Shown: positions 11,738 through 24,315 of the stretch, in pieces
Position numbering within the stretch: the stretch's first letter is position 1
Layout of the letters: every line of letters starts with the position of its first letter
Assembly: GCF_004010195.1 (NCBI RefSeq)
Contig: NC_057759.1
Span: 838,112-902,111 of the forward strand
Reading direction: 5' to 3'
DNA: 64,000 nt
Source: Chiloscyllium plagiosum
Lineage: Eukaryota
Notes under the pieces: model-generated
What the model saw: only the letters and a program-made list of their open reading frames with translations
Databases searched by the model: none
Told to the model about the DNA's origin: nothing
Translations under genes and position numbers: made by a program

Positions 11738-14069
11738 TTGTCTTTCATAATTATATACATCTCAATTATGTCCCTCAACCTTCTCTGCTCTGATAAATAA
11801 TGCCATTCTATCCAATCTGACTTCACAAATGAAACTCTCCAGCCCTAGGACAACGTTCTGGCAAATCCTCCTCTGCACACGAGTGACTGGAGCCCAAACA
11901 TGAACTCTCTCTCTCTCTCTCTCACTCACTCTCCCCCCACTCCACCCCCTCCGGATGCTGTCATACCTGTTCATTTTGTTCTGTGTTTGTTTCAGATTTA
12001 TCGTATCTGCACTATTTCGTTTTTAGAAATCCACGCTTATCCTCTTGCAGCTGTTTGTGCAAACTGTGAAATGATGCAATTTTGTCAAGGAAGCCAACCT
12101 TTTGAGGGAACAGAAGTTTTGTCCCAAGTTGTATCACACACAAAGAGTATTTTGATATGTGGAAAAACCCCAACACATGCAAAGTTTAGCGTATTTTTAA
12201 AATCATATCACCAAATTTCAGTTTGGCTAAGTGAAAATAATGCTTAACATGTTTCAGAGGGGGTTACTTATCAAACTCTGACATGAATTTAAACTTTACA
12301 ATAAAAGTCATATATATTGGTTATCAAGTTTAAATTCGTGTTAGAGGCACCAGCGTCTGTGAGTCGCCCATCAGGTCACTTTTAATCTTTTCATCTCTCA
12401 CCTTAAACATCTCCTCTCCCCGTTTTGGACTCCCCGTCCTGGGAAAATGACCTTAGGTGTTCATGGCTTTATAAACCACTATAAGATCACCACTCAGTCT
12501 TCAATGCTCAAGAGATAACTGTCCCAGCCTATCCAGCTTCTTATTATAACTCAAATCGTCCAATCTGAGTAACAGCCCTGTGATTTTGTTTTTAATGTAA
12601 TACCATCCTTCCTATTTCACGGGAACCAGAACTGTACACATTGCTCCAAAAGTGGTTATATGTCGGCAATGACTACTGCACAGCCTTCATTTATCTTCTT
12701 GGTCTCCTTTTGAAAACACACAAGTTTGTGAGATACAATTTCACAATTTCCTACACAAAGGCATACTTCATATTCCTCATCAGTCCTTGGATCCAAATAC
12801 ATGTAAATTCCAAATCTCAGAATTCCCTGAAACAACTTGTACAGCACATGATTTCAGACACTGCCAGGCTTCTCCTTTCCTAAATATAGGCACATTAGAC
12901 TTTAGTCAGGCCTTTGAAAAAGTTTCACATGAGAGACTGGTTAGCAAAATAAATGTGAGGTGATGCTCTTTGGAAGAAGGAATACCAGAAGGGAGTTACT
13001 CAATGAATGGCAGGACATTAGGAGTCTTAGAGAAACAGCGGGATCTTGGGGTACTTGCCCACAGAGCCCTGAAGATGGCAGGACAGATTAATGGAGTGTA
13101 AAGAAGGCCTACCGGACACTTGCCTTTACCAGTCAAGGCATCAGCTCAGTTCAATGTGAATAACTTACAGCAATTTCCACCGAAGACAATCAAATCAAAG
13201 ATAATTTCTTAGGGAAGTTCCTCAATTCAGTTCAACGGTACTGCTTCTGTAATTGTGGTCTTGTCACACTGCAGCCAATGAGACTGACTGAGGAGGGGAA
13301 GGTCCAACCACCAATCCTCGAAGCATCGAGTCCTTCTGAAAGCGGCTTTTGTCAAAAGAGTTCTCTGCTGTTTTGTGCATTACAAAAAACCCCAAAATAA
13401 CCTCAGGGAGCCTTGAGACACCTGCAAGACTGGCATGATTTATTATTCTTTTAATATCACAGCACTCAATGTCACATTCACGTTGTCTGGATGTCAATAT
13501 CAGTGTCATTTCTTTTGCTTCATTTGCAGATATGAGTTTGAAAAGAAGAAATTCACATTATTCCATTGGCCGCCCAGTACCCCCATTGGGCATGGCTTAT
13601 GTCCTATTATTGTTTAGTGCAGATGGCTATTGTTGTGTTTGAAGCACATGAAACAAAGGTCCTTATTGCATGGTTGTGTTCACAGAACAAAGAGGAAAAC
13701 GATGTCCCAAAACACCAATAAGCCAATGACATGTTATACAGTTTTACCAATTAACAACAAGCATAAAGAAAAGAAGCAGATGCAGTGAACTTGAGACCTC
13801 AAACCTTCCCTACTAATAATTGATGATTTGTGTTCTGATTGTGCACGACAAAGAACGTTTCTGCCATGCAATAACAATTCGTAGTATTGTAATCAAGTCA
13901 TCAGGAATGTTAATGGAATGTTAGTCCTTGCTTCAAGGTGATTGGAGTATTAGAGTAGAGAAGACTTCCTGTAACTGTACAAGGTGGTGGGGAGACTACA
14001 TCTGGTGCACTGCGAGCAGTTTCGCTCCTCTTAATTAAGGGAAAAAGCGATTTCATTGGAGTGTGTTCA

Positions 14070-14405
14070 TCTAATCTTCACAGTATGGAAACAGGCCCTT
14101 CGGCCCAACAAGTCCACAGTAACCCTCCAACGAGTAACCCACCTGGACACATTCCTCCTACCTTATATTTACCTCAAACTAATGCACCGAATATGCACAT
14201 CACTGAATGTTTTGGGCTATTCAGCACAGAGAATTCACCTAACTTGCACATCTTTGCACTGTTGCATGAACCTGGAGCACCCAGAGGAAACCATGCAGAC
14301 ATCAAGACAGAGTACAAACTCCACTTAGACAGTTGTTCGAGACTGGAATTGAACCAGTGATCCCTGGCGCAGTGAGGCAGCAGTGCTAACCACTGAGTGG
14401 CCGTG
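14070..14405 (-). mobile_element. HE1-type SINE
   Basis: Same family as 7950-8285. Confidence 0.7.
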
Positions 14406-15034
14406 CTGCATGGTTCACTACGCTGATTCCAGGTATGAAAGGAGTGTCTTATTAGCAAAGCTTAAACAATTTGGGACTCTAGTAACTGGAGTTTAGAAGA
14501 ATGAGAGTTGATCTCATCGAAACATATAGGATGTAGACAGGGTTAATGCTGAGAAAATGGCTCCCTTCATGAGAGAGTCTAGAACAAGAGGGCACCGTCT
14601 GACAATAAAGGGGCACGAATTGAGAACAGAGATGAGGAGCAATTTCTTCTCTCAAAGATTTTAGGGTTTTTCGAACTCCTTGCTAGAGAGAGCTGTGTAC
14701 AGGGCAGAGTCCTTGTGTATATTTGAGGCTGAGGCAGATAGATTCTTAATCTATCGGGGAATCAAAAGAAAGGGCAAGGAAGTGGATCTGAACAATGTCG
14801 GATCAGCCATAGTCCTATTGGATGGCAGAGCAGGATCGAGGAGCCGAATGGCCTACTCCTGCTCCTATGTCTTATGATATTAAAACTAGTTTCTTGTGAC
14901 CTTGAACACTACATGCTCATAAGTGACAGAGCTTCTAATGCTTTCTGAGGTTAACAATTCCAAAGATTAGCAAATCTACCCACTCCACAACCAGGAGTAA
15001 AAATTCCTTTACATCCTCATCGTAAATGAGGGGC

Positions 15035-15350
15035 GATACGGTTGCACAGTGGATAGCTCTGCTGCCTCACATCGCCAGGGACAGGTTTCGATTCCCACCT
15101 CGTGCACCTCTCTGTGCGGAGTTTGAACATTCTTCCTGTGTCTGTCCTCCGGGTGCTCCGGTTACTCGTCCTACAGTCCAAATATATGCAGGTTAGGTGA
15201 ATTGGCATGCTAAATTGCCCGTGCTGTTGGGTGCATTAGTCAAGGGTATATATATGTGAATGTGTCTGGGTGGGTTACGCTTCAGAGGGTCGGTGTAGAC
15301 TTGTTGGGCCAAAGAGCCTGTTTCCACACTGTCAGGAATCTAATCTAAAT
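15035..15350 (+). mobile_element. HE1-type SINE
   Basis: tRNA-like head (cacagtggatagc...ggtttcgattcc) and tail aatctaatctaa. Confidence 0.7.
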
Positions 15351-16010
15351 TGACCCCATTCCTGCTCTCCAGCTCCATAGTTCTCCACAACCTCAAACAT
15401 ATGTTCCATGATTAATAACCTGATGCATCTTAACTACGTTGTGAATAGGCCCAATCTACAAAATTCAAACTCTGATATTCCAATCGAGCTTTTTAACAAA
15501 ATCCAGCATTCAACTTCCTTCTTACAAATCATGCAGTGCATTTTTTTTTAAAGAAAGTGTTCCTTTCCACGTGCACTGCCAGATTTGTCTGTGTCATAGC
15601 GGTATTATATCTAGACAGAGTTAATACAGAGCCCTAGGTCATGTCCTCAGGGTCTTGTGTTAAAATCCTTCCATGACAGATGGTGAAATTTGAACCCAGT
15701 AATAATCTGGAAACCAGAGCTAATGACATCCATGAAACCATTGTAGATTGCTGGGGAAAGACGCGCCTGGCTCACTCACTAATGTCCTTCAGGGAGGGAT
15801 ATCTGCCATCCTTACCTGGTCTGGGCCTATGTGTGACTCCAGGCCACTGTAATGCAGTTGACTCTTTAGAACCGTCTTGGTAATTAGGGATGGGTAATAA
15901 ATGCTGGAACAGACAGCGATACTCACATCCCATGAATGAATAAAAGATTCTCAGCCCGGTCCCCACCCGAAACAAACCCTGATAGTTACATTGTACTAAC
16001 GAATTGCATA

Positions 16011-16222
16011 CAGGTCGTCCTTCTATAATACGATGCTTGCATTCTTGTGCAATGCCACCATATAGAAAAAAATGCTGTTTAGAAACAGTGCTTAAAGTGT
16101 TGGAGATGTTATCACGTAACAGCCAATGCAGGTATTAAAAGTATTAAAAGCCGTGTCCCTAATTTGTCAATTACATCACAGCAAATTCGCATTGACGAAT
16201 TGTGCATTATGCCAAACGACCT
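16011..16222. mobile_element. Tigger/pogo-like MITE (degenerate)
   Basis: TA-CAGGTCGT at the left end, AACGACCT-TA at the right end. Confidence 0.45.
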
Positions 16223-16819
16223 TACCCCTACTTTCTCAGATTAAAATCTGTTTTTCTTTTTTGCCTTTTCACTTCATATTTCATTAATTCAGTGAATCAA
16301 CATTTAAAGCTTCCCACAACTTGATATCCTCAGCTAAGTTAGTAAAGAACAAAGCTTTTCGCTACAATGCATGAAATCCATTTATCCAGCTCATGACATT
16401 AAATGCACTCAATACTGACCCTTTTGGCAGACCACTTGTTACAGCTTTTCAATTGGATAATGGCCTAGTTCTCTGATTACACTTAAGAAAACAATCAAGA
16501 AAGCTGGCCTTTATATCGAAAGGATTGGAGTACAAGGACTCAGAAGTAATGCTGCTGTTATACAAAACCCTGGTCGAAGCCCACTTTTAGTAGATCTGGG
16601 CACCACACCTGAGGAAGAATAGATTGGCCTGGGAAGTAGTACAATGCAGGTACACAAGAATGATACCTGGATTTCAGGAGTTCGGGTAAGAGGAGCGATT
16701 AAATAAATTAGGCTCAATCTCTCTAGACTATGCAAAGTTAAGGGGTGACTTGATTGATAACTTCAAGGTAATAGAAGGAAAAAACAGGCTGGTTAAAGGG
16801 AAACTATTTTTCTCTAGGG

Positions 16820-17130
16820 GCGGCATGGTGTCTCAGTGATAAGCACTGCTACCTCACAGCAACAGGGATTTGGGCTCGATTCTGGCCTCGGACGATGAGC
16901 TGTGAGGAGGTTTCACACTCTCCCCACGTCCGCGCGGGTTTCGTCCCACAGTTTGAAGATGTGCAAGTTCGGCAAGATGGCCGTGCTAAATTGCCCTGTG
17001 TTCAGAGATGTATTGGTTAGGTGCATGGTGCAGGGATAAATGTTGGAGAATGTATTTGGTTGGGATACTCTTCGGAGTGGTTGGTGTGGACTTGTTGGGC
17101 AGAAGGGCCTATTTCCACACATTAGGGATT
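16820..17130 (+). mobile_element. HE1-type SINE
   Basis: ggcggcatggtgtctcagtgataagcactgct head. Confidence 0.7.
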
Positions 17131-18408
17131 CTATTTTCACTGTTGTTGGGATTATCGAACTAGGTAAGGCATACTCTGAGAATGAGGGCCAGATCATTCA
17201 GAAGAGATGTTAGGAAGCACTTCGCGACACAAAGAGTGGTGAAGATTTGGAACATTCTTCCATAAGCAGTAGTGGAGGATGGATCAGTTGCTCGTTTTCA
17301 GCCTGAGGGAGATACATTTTTGTTAGGCAGAGTTCCCATTTGGAGTTAGGCCACGGGTCAGCCACAATCTCACTGAATGGTTGAGCAGATTCAAGGGGCT
17401 GAGTGGACTACTCCTGCCGTCCTCTCCTTCCTGTTTCCTAAATAAAAGTTTGAGCACTGGCAGACAGGGAACAGACAGAGGGGTGGAAATGCCAAATAAG
17501 ACAAGGACCTGCGGACGCTGGCTATCTGAAGCAAGAGCAGAAAGTGTTGGGGAAAGTCAACAGGTCTGGTGGTGATTGTGTTTAGAGAAAACAGAGTGAA
17601 CATTGAGTCCAGTGACACTTTTTCAGAACCAAAGAGATGGGGATAGTGCCAAGAGAAACACAAGGGGAAAACAAAGAAATTGTTGACTGCTGTTAACAGG
17701 GAATGTTAACCCCACTCCCAAGGCCTAGATGGGTTACTTTCAACGCTGCTATCCCATTGTAAATTCCTCATCATCTCTGCCTTCCTGCTTCTCTTCCTCC
17801 CCGACATTTGATTGAAGAGCTCTTTCTCTGCCTACCTCTTTCTCCTTCTCTCTGGGTAACACCTCCATCTAACCTTCATATTCCCCTTCCCCGAAAGCCC
17901 GACTACATTTTTGTAAAGGCCACTGAGGAAGGGCCACTGAACTAGAAATGTGAACTCTCTCTCCCTCTCTCTCTCTCTTTAACTGTCTCTCTATCTTTCG
18001 TTCTCTCTCCACAGATGCGTCTTGGTCTTCTATGATTCTCCAGCACTTTGTATTAAACACCTCTGATGGTAAGTCTTTCGGCCTCTCTCCCCAAATGCTA
18101 CCAGACATGCTGAGTTTCACGTGTAAATCCAATTGCTCCAATATGAATTCAATTAGCTTTCTCTTGACTGATATTGTATGTCTGTGTCCCCTTTGATCAT
18201 TCCTTTTCAACTGTTGTCACCTTTTTTCTTAATTTTAATGTCCCCTACGACGAGGCTCAGTGATTAGCACTGCTGCCTCACAGTGTCAGTGATTGGAGTT
18301 TGATTCCTACCATGGGCAACTGTCAGTTTAGAATTTACACATTCTCCCCGTGTATCCCCAGTCAGATGAATCGCCTGTGCTAAATTTCTGATAGTGTTCA
18401 GGGAAGTA

Positions 18409-19127
18409 GAGGGGAACCTCGATTATCTGAATGAGATGGGCGGGCACTATTTTGTTCGGATAACCAATTATTTGGTTAATCGACTAAATGCCTTTCCTAT
18501 GAGGCTCGGAGTTTTTAAAGTCTGCTCCCAATTCAGGAGAATTCAGCAGGACACAGTGCGTGAGACCCCGCCACCAACCCCGCCTCCCCCCCACCCCTCC
18601 GGCCAACTCCATCCAACACCATCGCCATCCAAACTCGCTCCCCGCCTGCCCCCATTCCCGTCCAGCATTGCCTCCGCCCCATGCCCACACCCCATCCCCG
18701 TCCAAAACTGCCCTTGCCCCCTCTCCGGGGCAGCCAGGCTGGACACCATCAATTAGACTGCTGCTGCTGCCTTTGTGGGATAAGTCTCCAAAGAGCACGC
18801 ATGCACAAACACACACACAAAATTTAACTGCAACTTTTTGACATGTTTCATCTCTGCCCTGTACAGGACAATGTTGGTCAGATTATCTAGAGAAGGGGGA
18901 GGAGGTTAGGGTACACCGCTCGGTAGAACTCCAGGGATAATATGGGGAGACAGAGAGAACGGGATGTCAAACATTTGGAGACGGTGCCTGTATAATCAAT
19001 GTAAACAAAAGACACAATCACTGTTGGAAACACGTCTTTGGTGTAATGTTTCTATTGGGACCTCGAGATCTCCATCGGATAATCCGACTTTCGGATAATT
19101 GGTATTCAGTTAATCGAGATTCCTCTG
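18409..19127. mobile_element. Non-autonomous Tc1/mariner-pogo (Tigger-like) DNA transposon inserted into an HE1 SINE
   Basis: TIRs GAGGGGAACCTCGATTATCTGAA and revcomp CAGAGGAATCTCGATTAACTGAA, TA on both sides; SINE halves at 18250-18408 and 19128-19255. Confidence 0.7.
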
Positions 19128-19769
19128 TATAGGCTAATTGCATTAGTCAGGTGTAAATATACAGTAGGGCGAATGGGTATGGGTGGCTTCCTCTTCAGAG
19201 GACCGATGTGGACGTTTTGGGCTGCAGGGCCTGTTTCCACACTGTAGGGATTCAATTAGAAAAAAGAAGTCCATTCAATTTGTCTGTCGCTAATTGCATC
19301 CTCGTGAATTCCACAGATTCTCACACAAGGAGGCAAAGCCTAAAAAATAGGGACAGATTGTTCAGCCGAGATGGTGGGAAGCATTTCTTAAAAAAACTGT
19401 TTGTGGGATGTCGATACTGCTGGCTGGGGCAGCATTTATTACCCAGAGGGCAGTTCACGATCAATGTTCATCTGGAGTCATGTATAGGCTATGCAAGTAA
19501 GGACAATAGATGTCTTTCCCTGGAGGATATTAGTGAAACAGGTCTACTTTTTTTCCTGGCAGTCAGCATTAGTTGCATTTTCATCATTATACTCTTAATT
19601 CCAGGTTATCACTGAATTCATTTTCGACCCTCTGCCATGGCAGGATTTAAATCCAGTTTCCAGATCATTACCTTGGTGTCAGGATTAACAGTCTATCGAA
19701 AATACACATCACACTTTGTGTGGGCGAATTATAGAACCGCCTTCCACAATCATTTTTAATGCTGGTTGA

Positions 19770-19780
19770 TTTATTTTATT
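19770..19780 (-). terminator. Candidate polyadenylation signal (two overlapping AATAAA) of the receptor gene
   Basis: Minus strand reads AATAAAATAAA about 475 nt downstream of the stop codon. Confidence 0.55.
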
Positions 19781-20255
19781 TAAATCATAGAGTGATACTT
19801 TTTTGTTAAACAGAGGTATTAAAGAGTTAGGGAACAAAGGTAGCTCTACGGAGTTGGGTAATAGATTTGTCATACGTCGTAGTCCCCTAATTCTCGGTGT
19901 ACATAAATCTTTGCAGCACTGGACGTCATTGGCATATACTTTTATAATTGAGATGGAAACGTTTCCAAACATCCCTTGAACCAGAAATGAAAATCTTGCG
20001 GACCTCACTCTCTCTCATACTCCAGCCAGACCTATCTTTTGAGTGCAGAATGAGGCCTCCGGGGGAAATCTTGCTGTATTTCAACTTCTGGCAATGCTCT
20101 AAAGTGACTTTGAGGATTCAGGAAACCAGGGGTGGATAACTGCTGTATCAATGGATGGGAAGTGGGATGTGGGTTGAATTCATTCACAGGATGAGTTTCA
20201 GGAAGCAACATGACAGAAGTAGACGGCAACCGTGGAAGCGAGAGTACAAAGGTTG

Positions 20256-20393
20256 TTATGTTTTCACGTCCATGTAAACGCAGGGCTCCTCCCTGACGAC
20301 TGAGGCTGATTCATTTTTATTTATACGATCCATGTTCAAGACTGCATAAGTAACTCCTTCACATTTCTTGTCATTCACATCGGAATACTCGCC
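20256..20393 (-). CDS. Ig-like receptor terminal exon 9 with ITIM and ITSM-like motif (GEYSDVNDKKCEGVTYAVLNMDRINKNESASVVREEPCVYMDVKT*)
   Basis: Acceptor gctgaatgcAG, phase 0; 138 nt to TAA. VTYAVL matches ITIM consensus V/I/L/S-x-Y-x-x-L/V; CVYMDV resembles ITSM T-x-Y-x-x-V. Confidence 0.9.
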   Translation of the reverse strand, partial: GEYSDVNDKKCEGVTYAVLNMDRINKNESASVVREEPCVYMDVKT

Positions 20394-21416
20394 CTGCATT
20401 CAGCAAACATGTAAAGTGGTGTTTGTAAAGTATACACTGATATCTTGCACTTCTGTTACTCTCGAAAGTTTTTTTAAATTTGTTCATCTATTACAACCTA
20501 TTGCTTCCTGTCAATCCCTTTCACACCAACCCTACACACTGTTCTTTATTTTTGTCTTTTCAGTCTCTCAATTTGCATGAGAATTCCAGAAGGTATTGTC
20601 AGTAAGATTGCGGATTAGGGCTATTTGTGAAGAAGGTTATCTAAGTGTACAATGGTATCTCGGTTAGATGGGATAATGGGCCAAGGAATGGCAGATGGAG
20701 TTTAATTTGGATAAATACAAGTTATTGAATTTTTCTAAGGTATTCCAGGGTAGGACTTACACAGTTACTTACACCAATCAGAGAAACTTCGGGGTGCAGG
20801 TACGTGGTTCCTGTAACTTACCTCGCTGGTATATAGGGAGGTGAAGGTGTTGTTTAGTACAATTGCCTTCATTTGCCAGAGTATAGGAATTAGGACATCA
20901 TGTTGTGTCTGCACAAGATATTGATGAGGTCATTTTTAGAACAATGTGTATAATGTTGGTCGCCCTGTGATAGGAAAGATGTTATTACATTAGAAAGGGT
21001 ACAGAAAAAACGAAATCCAAGAATGTTACCTGGATTAGAGGGAGACGCTGGATAGGCTGGGACATTTTTCCCTGGAGCGTCGGAGACTGAGGGGTAACCT
21101 TACAGAGTTTTGTCAAATCATAAGGGACGCAGTAAAGTAAAATAAACAAGGTCTTCCCCCCAGAACTGGGGAGTCCAAACCCAGAGATCGTAGGTTTAAG
21201 GTCAGATGGGAATTATGTAAAAGGGAGCTAATGGGGGTTTATATATGGAATGAATTGTCAGAGGAAGTGGTAGAGGTGGGTACAATGACAAAGTTTGAAA
21301 GACATTTAGACAGTTACATGAATAGGAATGCTTTAGAGTGATATGGGTCAAATACAGGCCAATTGAAGTAGTTCGGCTTAAGAAACCTCATAGGCATGGA
21401 CAGGTTGGGCAATCAA

Positions 21417-23140
21417 GGATAGTAGTGGGAAGTTGTGTGTGGAGTCAAAGAAGATAGGGGAAGCACTAAATGAATAATTTTCGGCAGTGTTCACTCTAGA
21501 AAACGATTCTAGAAAAGGAGAATGCTGAGGTACAGGCTACTAGACTAGGTGGGATTGAGGTTCACAAGGAAGAGGTGTTAGAAATCCTGCAGAGTGTGAA
21601 AATAGATAAGCCCCCTGGGCCGGATGGAATTTATCCTAGGATCCTCTGGGAAGCCAGGGAGGAGATTGACGAGCCTTTGACATTGAAATTTAACTCGTCA
21701 TTGTCGACAGAAATAGTGCCAGAAGACAGGAGGATAGCAAATGTGATTCCCCTGTTAAAGAAGGGGAGTAGAGACAACTCTGGTAATTATAGACCAGTGA
21801 GCCTTACTTCAGTTGTTGAAAAAGTGTTAGAAAAGTTTATAAGAGATAGGATTTATAGTCGTCTAGAAAATAATAATTTGATTAGGGATAGTCAGCACGG
21901 TTTTCTGTCGGGTATGTCGTGCCTCACAAACCTTATTGAGTTCTTTGAGAAGGTGACCAAACAGGTAGATGAGTGTAAACCGGTTGATGTGTTGTATATG
22001 GAATTCAGTAAGGCATTTGATAAGGTTCCCCACAGTCGGCTATTGTACAAAATGCGGATAGTGGGAGATATGGCAGTTTGGATCAATAATTGGCTTGCTG
22101 AAAAAAGACAGAGGGTGGTGGTTGATGGGAAATGTTCATCCTGGAGTCCAGTTACTAGTGGTGTACCGCAATGGTCTGTGTTGGATCCACTGTTGCTCGT
22201 CATTTTTATAAACGACCTGGATGCGGGCGTAGAAGGGTGGGTTAGTAAATTTGCAGACAAGGTCGGTGGAGTTGTGGATAATGACGAAAGATGTTGTAGG
22301 TTACAGAGAGACACAGATGACCTGCAGTGCTGGGCTGCGAGGTGGCAAATGGAACTTAATGTGGATAAGTGTGAGGTGATTCACTTTGATCAGAGTTACC
22401 GGAATGCAAAGTACTGGGCGAATGGTAGGATTCTTGGTAGTGTAGATGAGCAGAGAGATCTCGGTGTCCAGGTACACAGGTCCTTGAAAGTTGCCACCCA
22501 GGTTGACAGGGTTGTTAAGAAGGCATATAGTATTTTAGCTTTTATTAATAGAGGAATCGAGTTCCGGAACCATGAGGTTATGCTAAAGCTGTACAAAACT
22601 CTGGTGCGGCCACACTTGGATTATTTTGTACAGTTCTGGTCACCACATTATAAGAAGGATGTGGAAGCTTTGGAAAGGGTTCAGAGGAGATTTACTAGGA
22701 TGTTGCCTGGTATGGAAGGAATGTCTTACGAGAAAAGGTTGAGGGACATAAGGCTGTATTCGTTGGAGAGAAGATGGTTAAGAGGTGACTTAATAAAGAC
22801 ATATAAGATAATCAGAGGGTTAGATAGGGGCAGGGGCAACCTTTTTCCAATATGGTGACGGCGAGCACGAGGGGGCATAGCTTTAAATTGAATGGTGATA
22901 GATATAGGACAGATGTCAGAGGTACTTTCTTTACTCCGAGAGTGGTAAGGGTATGGAATGCTTTGCCTGCAACAGTAGTAGATTCGCCAACTTTAAGTGC
23001 ATTTAAGTCATCATTGCACAAGCATATGGACTTACATGGAATAATGTAGGTTATATGGGCTTCAGACTGGTATGACTGGTTGGCGCAACATCGAGGGCCA
23101 AAGGGCCTGTACTGCGCTGTATTGTTCTATGTTCTATGTT
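21417..23140 (+). mobile_element. CR1/HER1-type LINE, 5'-truncated, with near-intact RT ORF (21575-22858)
   Basis: 427-aa ORF with CR1 RT motifs (PGPDGIYPRIL, GNYRPVSLTSV, SKAFDKVPH, GVPQ, KFAD, LERVQRRFTRML); 3' tail (TTCTATG)n at ~23120-23140. Confidence 0.95.
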
Positions 23141-23449
23141 CCATGCTGTGCAACTCTATTATTGTCGCTTTTCAATGTGCTTCCTATGTTTATCTCTACC
23201 TCCATATTTCATTGCCGTACCCCTCAATCTCACCACCACTTGCCAAATTATCCCTCGATTTTGTGTTGATTTTCTGCATTCCTCTCCATCTCTCTCTCTC
23301 TGTTAATCAATCTAGACTTGTCCTAAACATCCTCAAACTCCAAGTATATTTTTCATTCCAGGACGCTCTCTCGACTGGAGAATTTAATCTGACTTTGCGT
23401 AGCAACAAAGCAAAACTGATTTGAGTTTGATTAATAATTGTGTGCTTAC

Positions 23450-23484
23450 CGTGGGGTTGTAATAGATCAAATTGGCGTTGCCAC
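23450..23484 (-). CDS. Ig-like receptor exon 8: cytoplasmic (CGNANLIYYNPT)
   Basis: Acceptor ttcctttatcacAG, donor ACG|GTAAGC; 35 nt, phase 1 to 0, bridging exon 7 and the terminal exon. Confidence 0.8.
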
Positions 23485-23645
23485 CTGTGATAAAGGAAGC
23501 ACAGAAGTTGAGTTTTTCTCTGCCTGTTTTAGAAGTGATACTCTGAGTTCATGTTGTCAACTGTTTGTGTGTTCTAATTCCTGATGCCATTTAAATATAG
23601 GCCCAAAATATTTTTTTTTTCATTGTAGCCCCAACCTTGCATTGC

Positions 23646-23708
23646 AGAGACAGAGAGAGAGAGAGACAGAGAGAGCGAGAGAGAGAGAGAGAGAGACAGA
23701 GAGAGAAA
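23646..23708. repeat. (GA)n microsatellite
   Basis: Direct reading. Confidence 0.9.
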
Positions 23709-23999
23709 GACCTCTTGTTGCTCAACCAAACGGTCACCTCACCTCAGAGGATGGAAACGTTGAGATGGATAGTTCTCAGCTAGCGTTAAAATTGAATACA
23801 CATTATTGGTGGCACTCACCAGTCATAAGAGCGAATTTCCTTTGCATAGCCTTTAGTCTATTAAATGATGGCAAATAATATTTATTGGATCTATAAGCTC
23901 TCAACCAGGGTAATTCCTGGGATGGCGGTATTGTCTTATGAATTAAAAATATTCCGACCCTACTCACTGGAGTTTAGAAGAATTGAGGCCATCTCATTA

Positions 24000-24315
24000 G
24001 ATTAGATTACCTCCAGTGTGAAACAGGCCCCTCGGCCGAACATGTCCACACCGACCCTCTGAAGCGCAACCCACCAAGACCCATTTACGTACATTCACCC
24101 TGACTAATGCACCTAACGCTACAGGCAATTTAGCATGGCCAATTCACCTAACCTGCACATCTTTGGACTCTGGGAGGAAACCAGAGCACCCAGGGGAAAC
24201 CCACACTGACACGGGGAGAATATACAAACTCCACACAGACAGTTGCCCAAGGCTGGAATCGAACCTGGGCCCCTGGCGCTATAAGGCAACAGTGCTAACC
24301 ACTGATCAACCGTGC
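24000..24315 (-). mobile_element. HE1-type SINE
   Basis: Reverse tRNA-like head; attagattagatt tail. Confidence 0.75.

Noticed and set aside
12656..12847. Apparent 60-nt exon GILRFGIYMYLDPRTDEEYE with Tyr motifs
   Set aside because: Aligns to CR1 RT (compare GILRDRMYMYLERQG at 3726-4085); retroelement debris
15035..15110. tRNA-like A/B box sequences
   Set aside because: SINE heads; no complete cloverleaf
18394..18841. Pro/Gly-rich ORFs on both strands
   Set aside because: C-rich low-complexity interior of the TIR-bounded MITE
19325..19339. 15-nt minus-strand micro-exon candidate resembling a leader mini-exon
   Set aside because: No upstream ATG exon or downstream Ig exon found; could be chance
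19709..20008. ORF with VQCCKDLCT resembling a Ly6/uPAR C-terminus
   Set aside because: Wrong spacing for CCxxxxCN, no other LU-domain cysteines, and it lies in the receptor 3'UTR
21575..22858. Longest ORF considered as a host gene or active retroelement
   Set aside because: 5'-truncated CR1 without endonuclease; catalytic FADD motif damaged (KFADKVGG)
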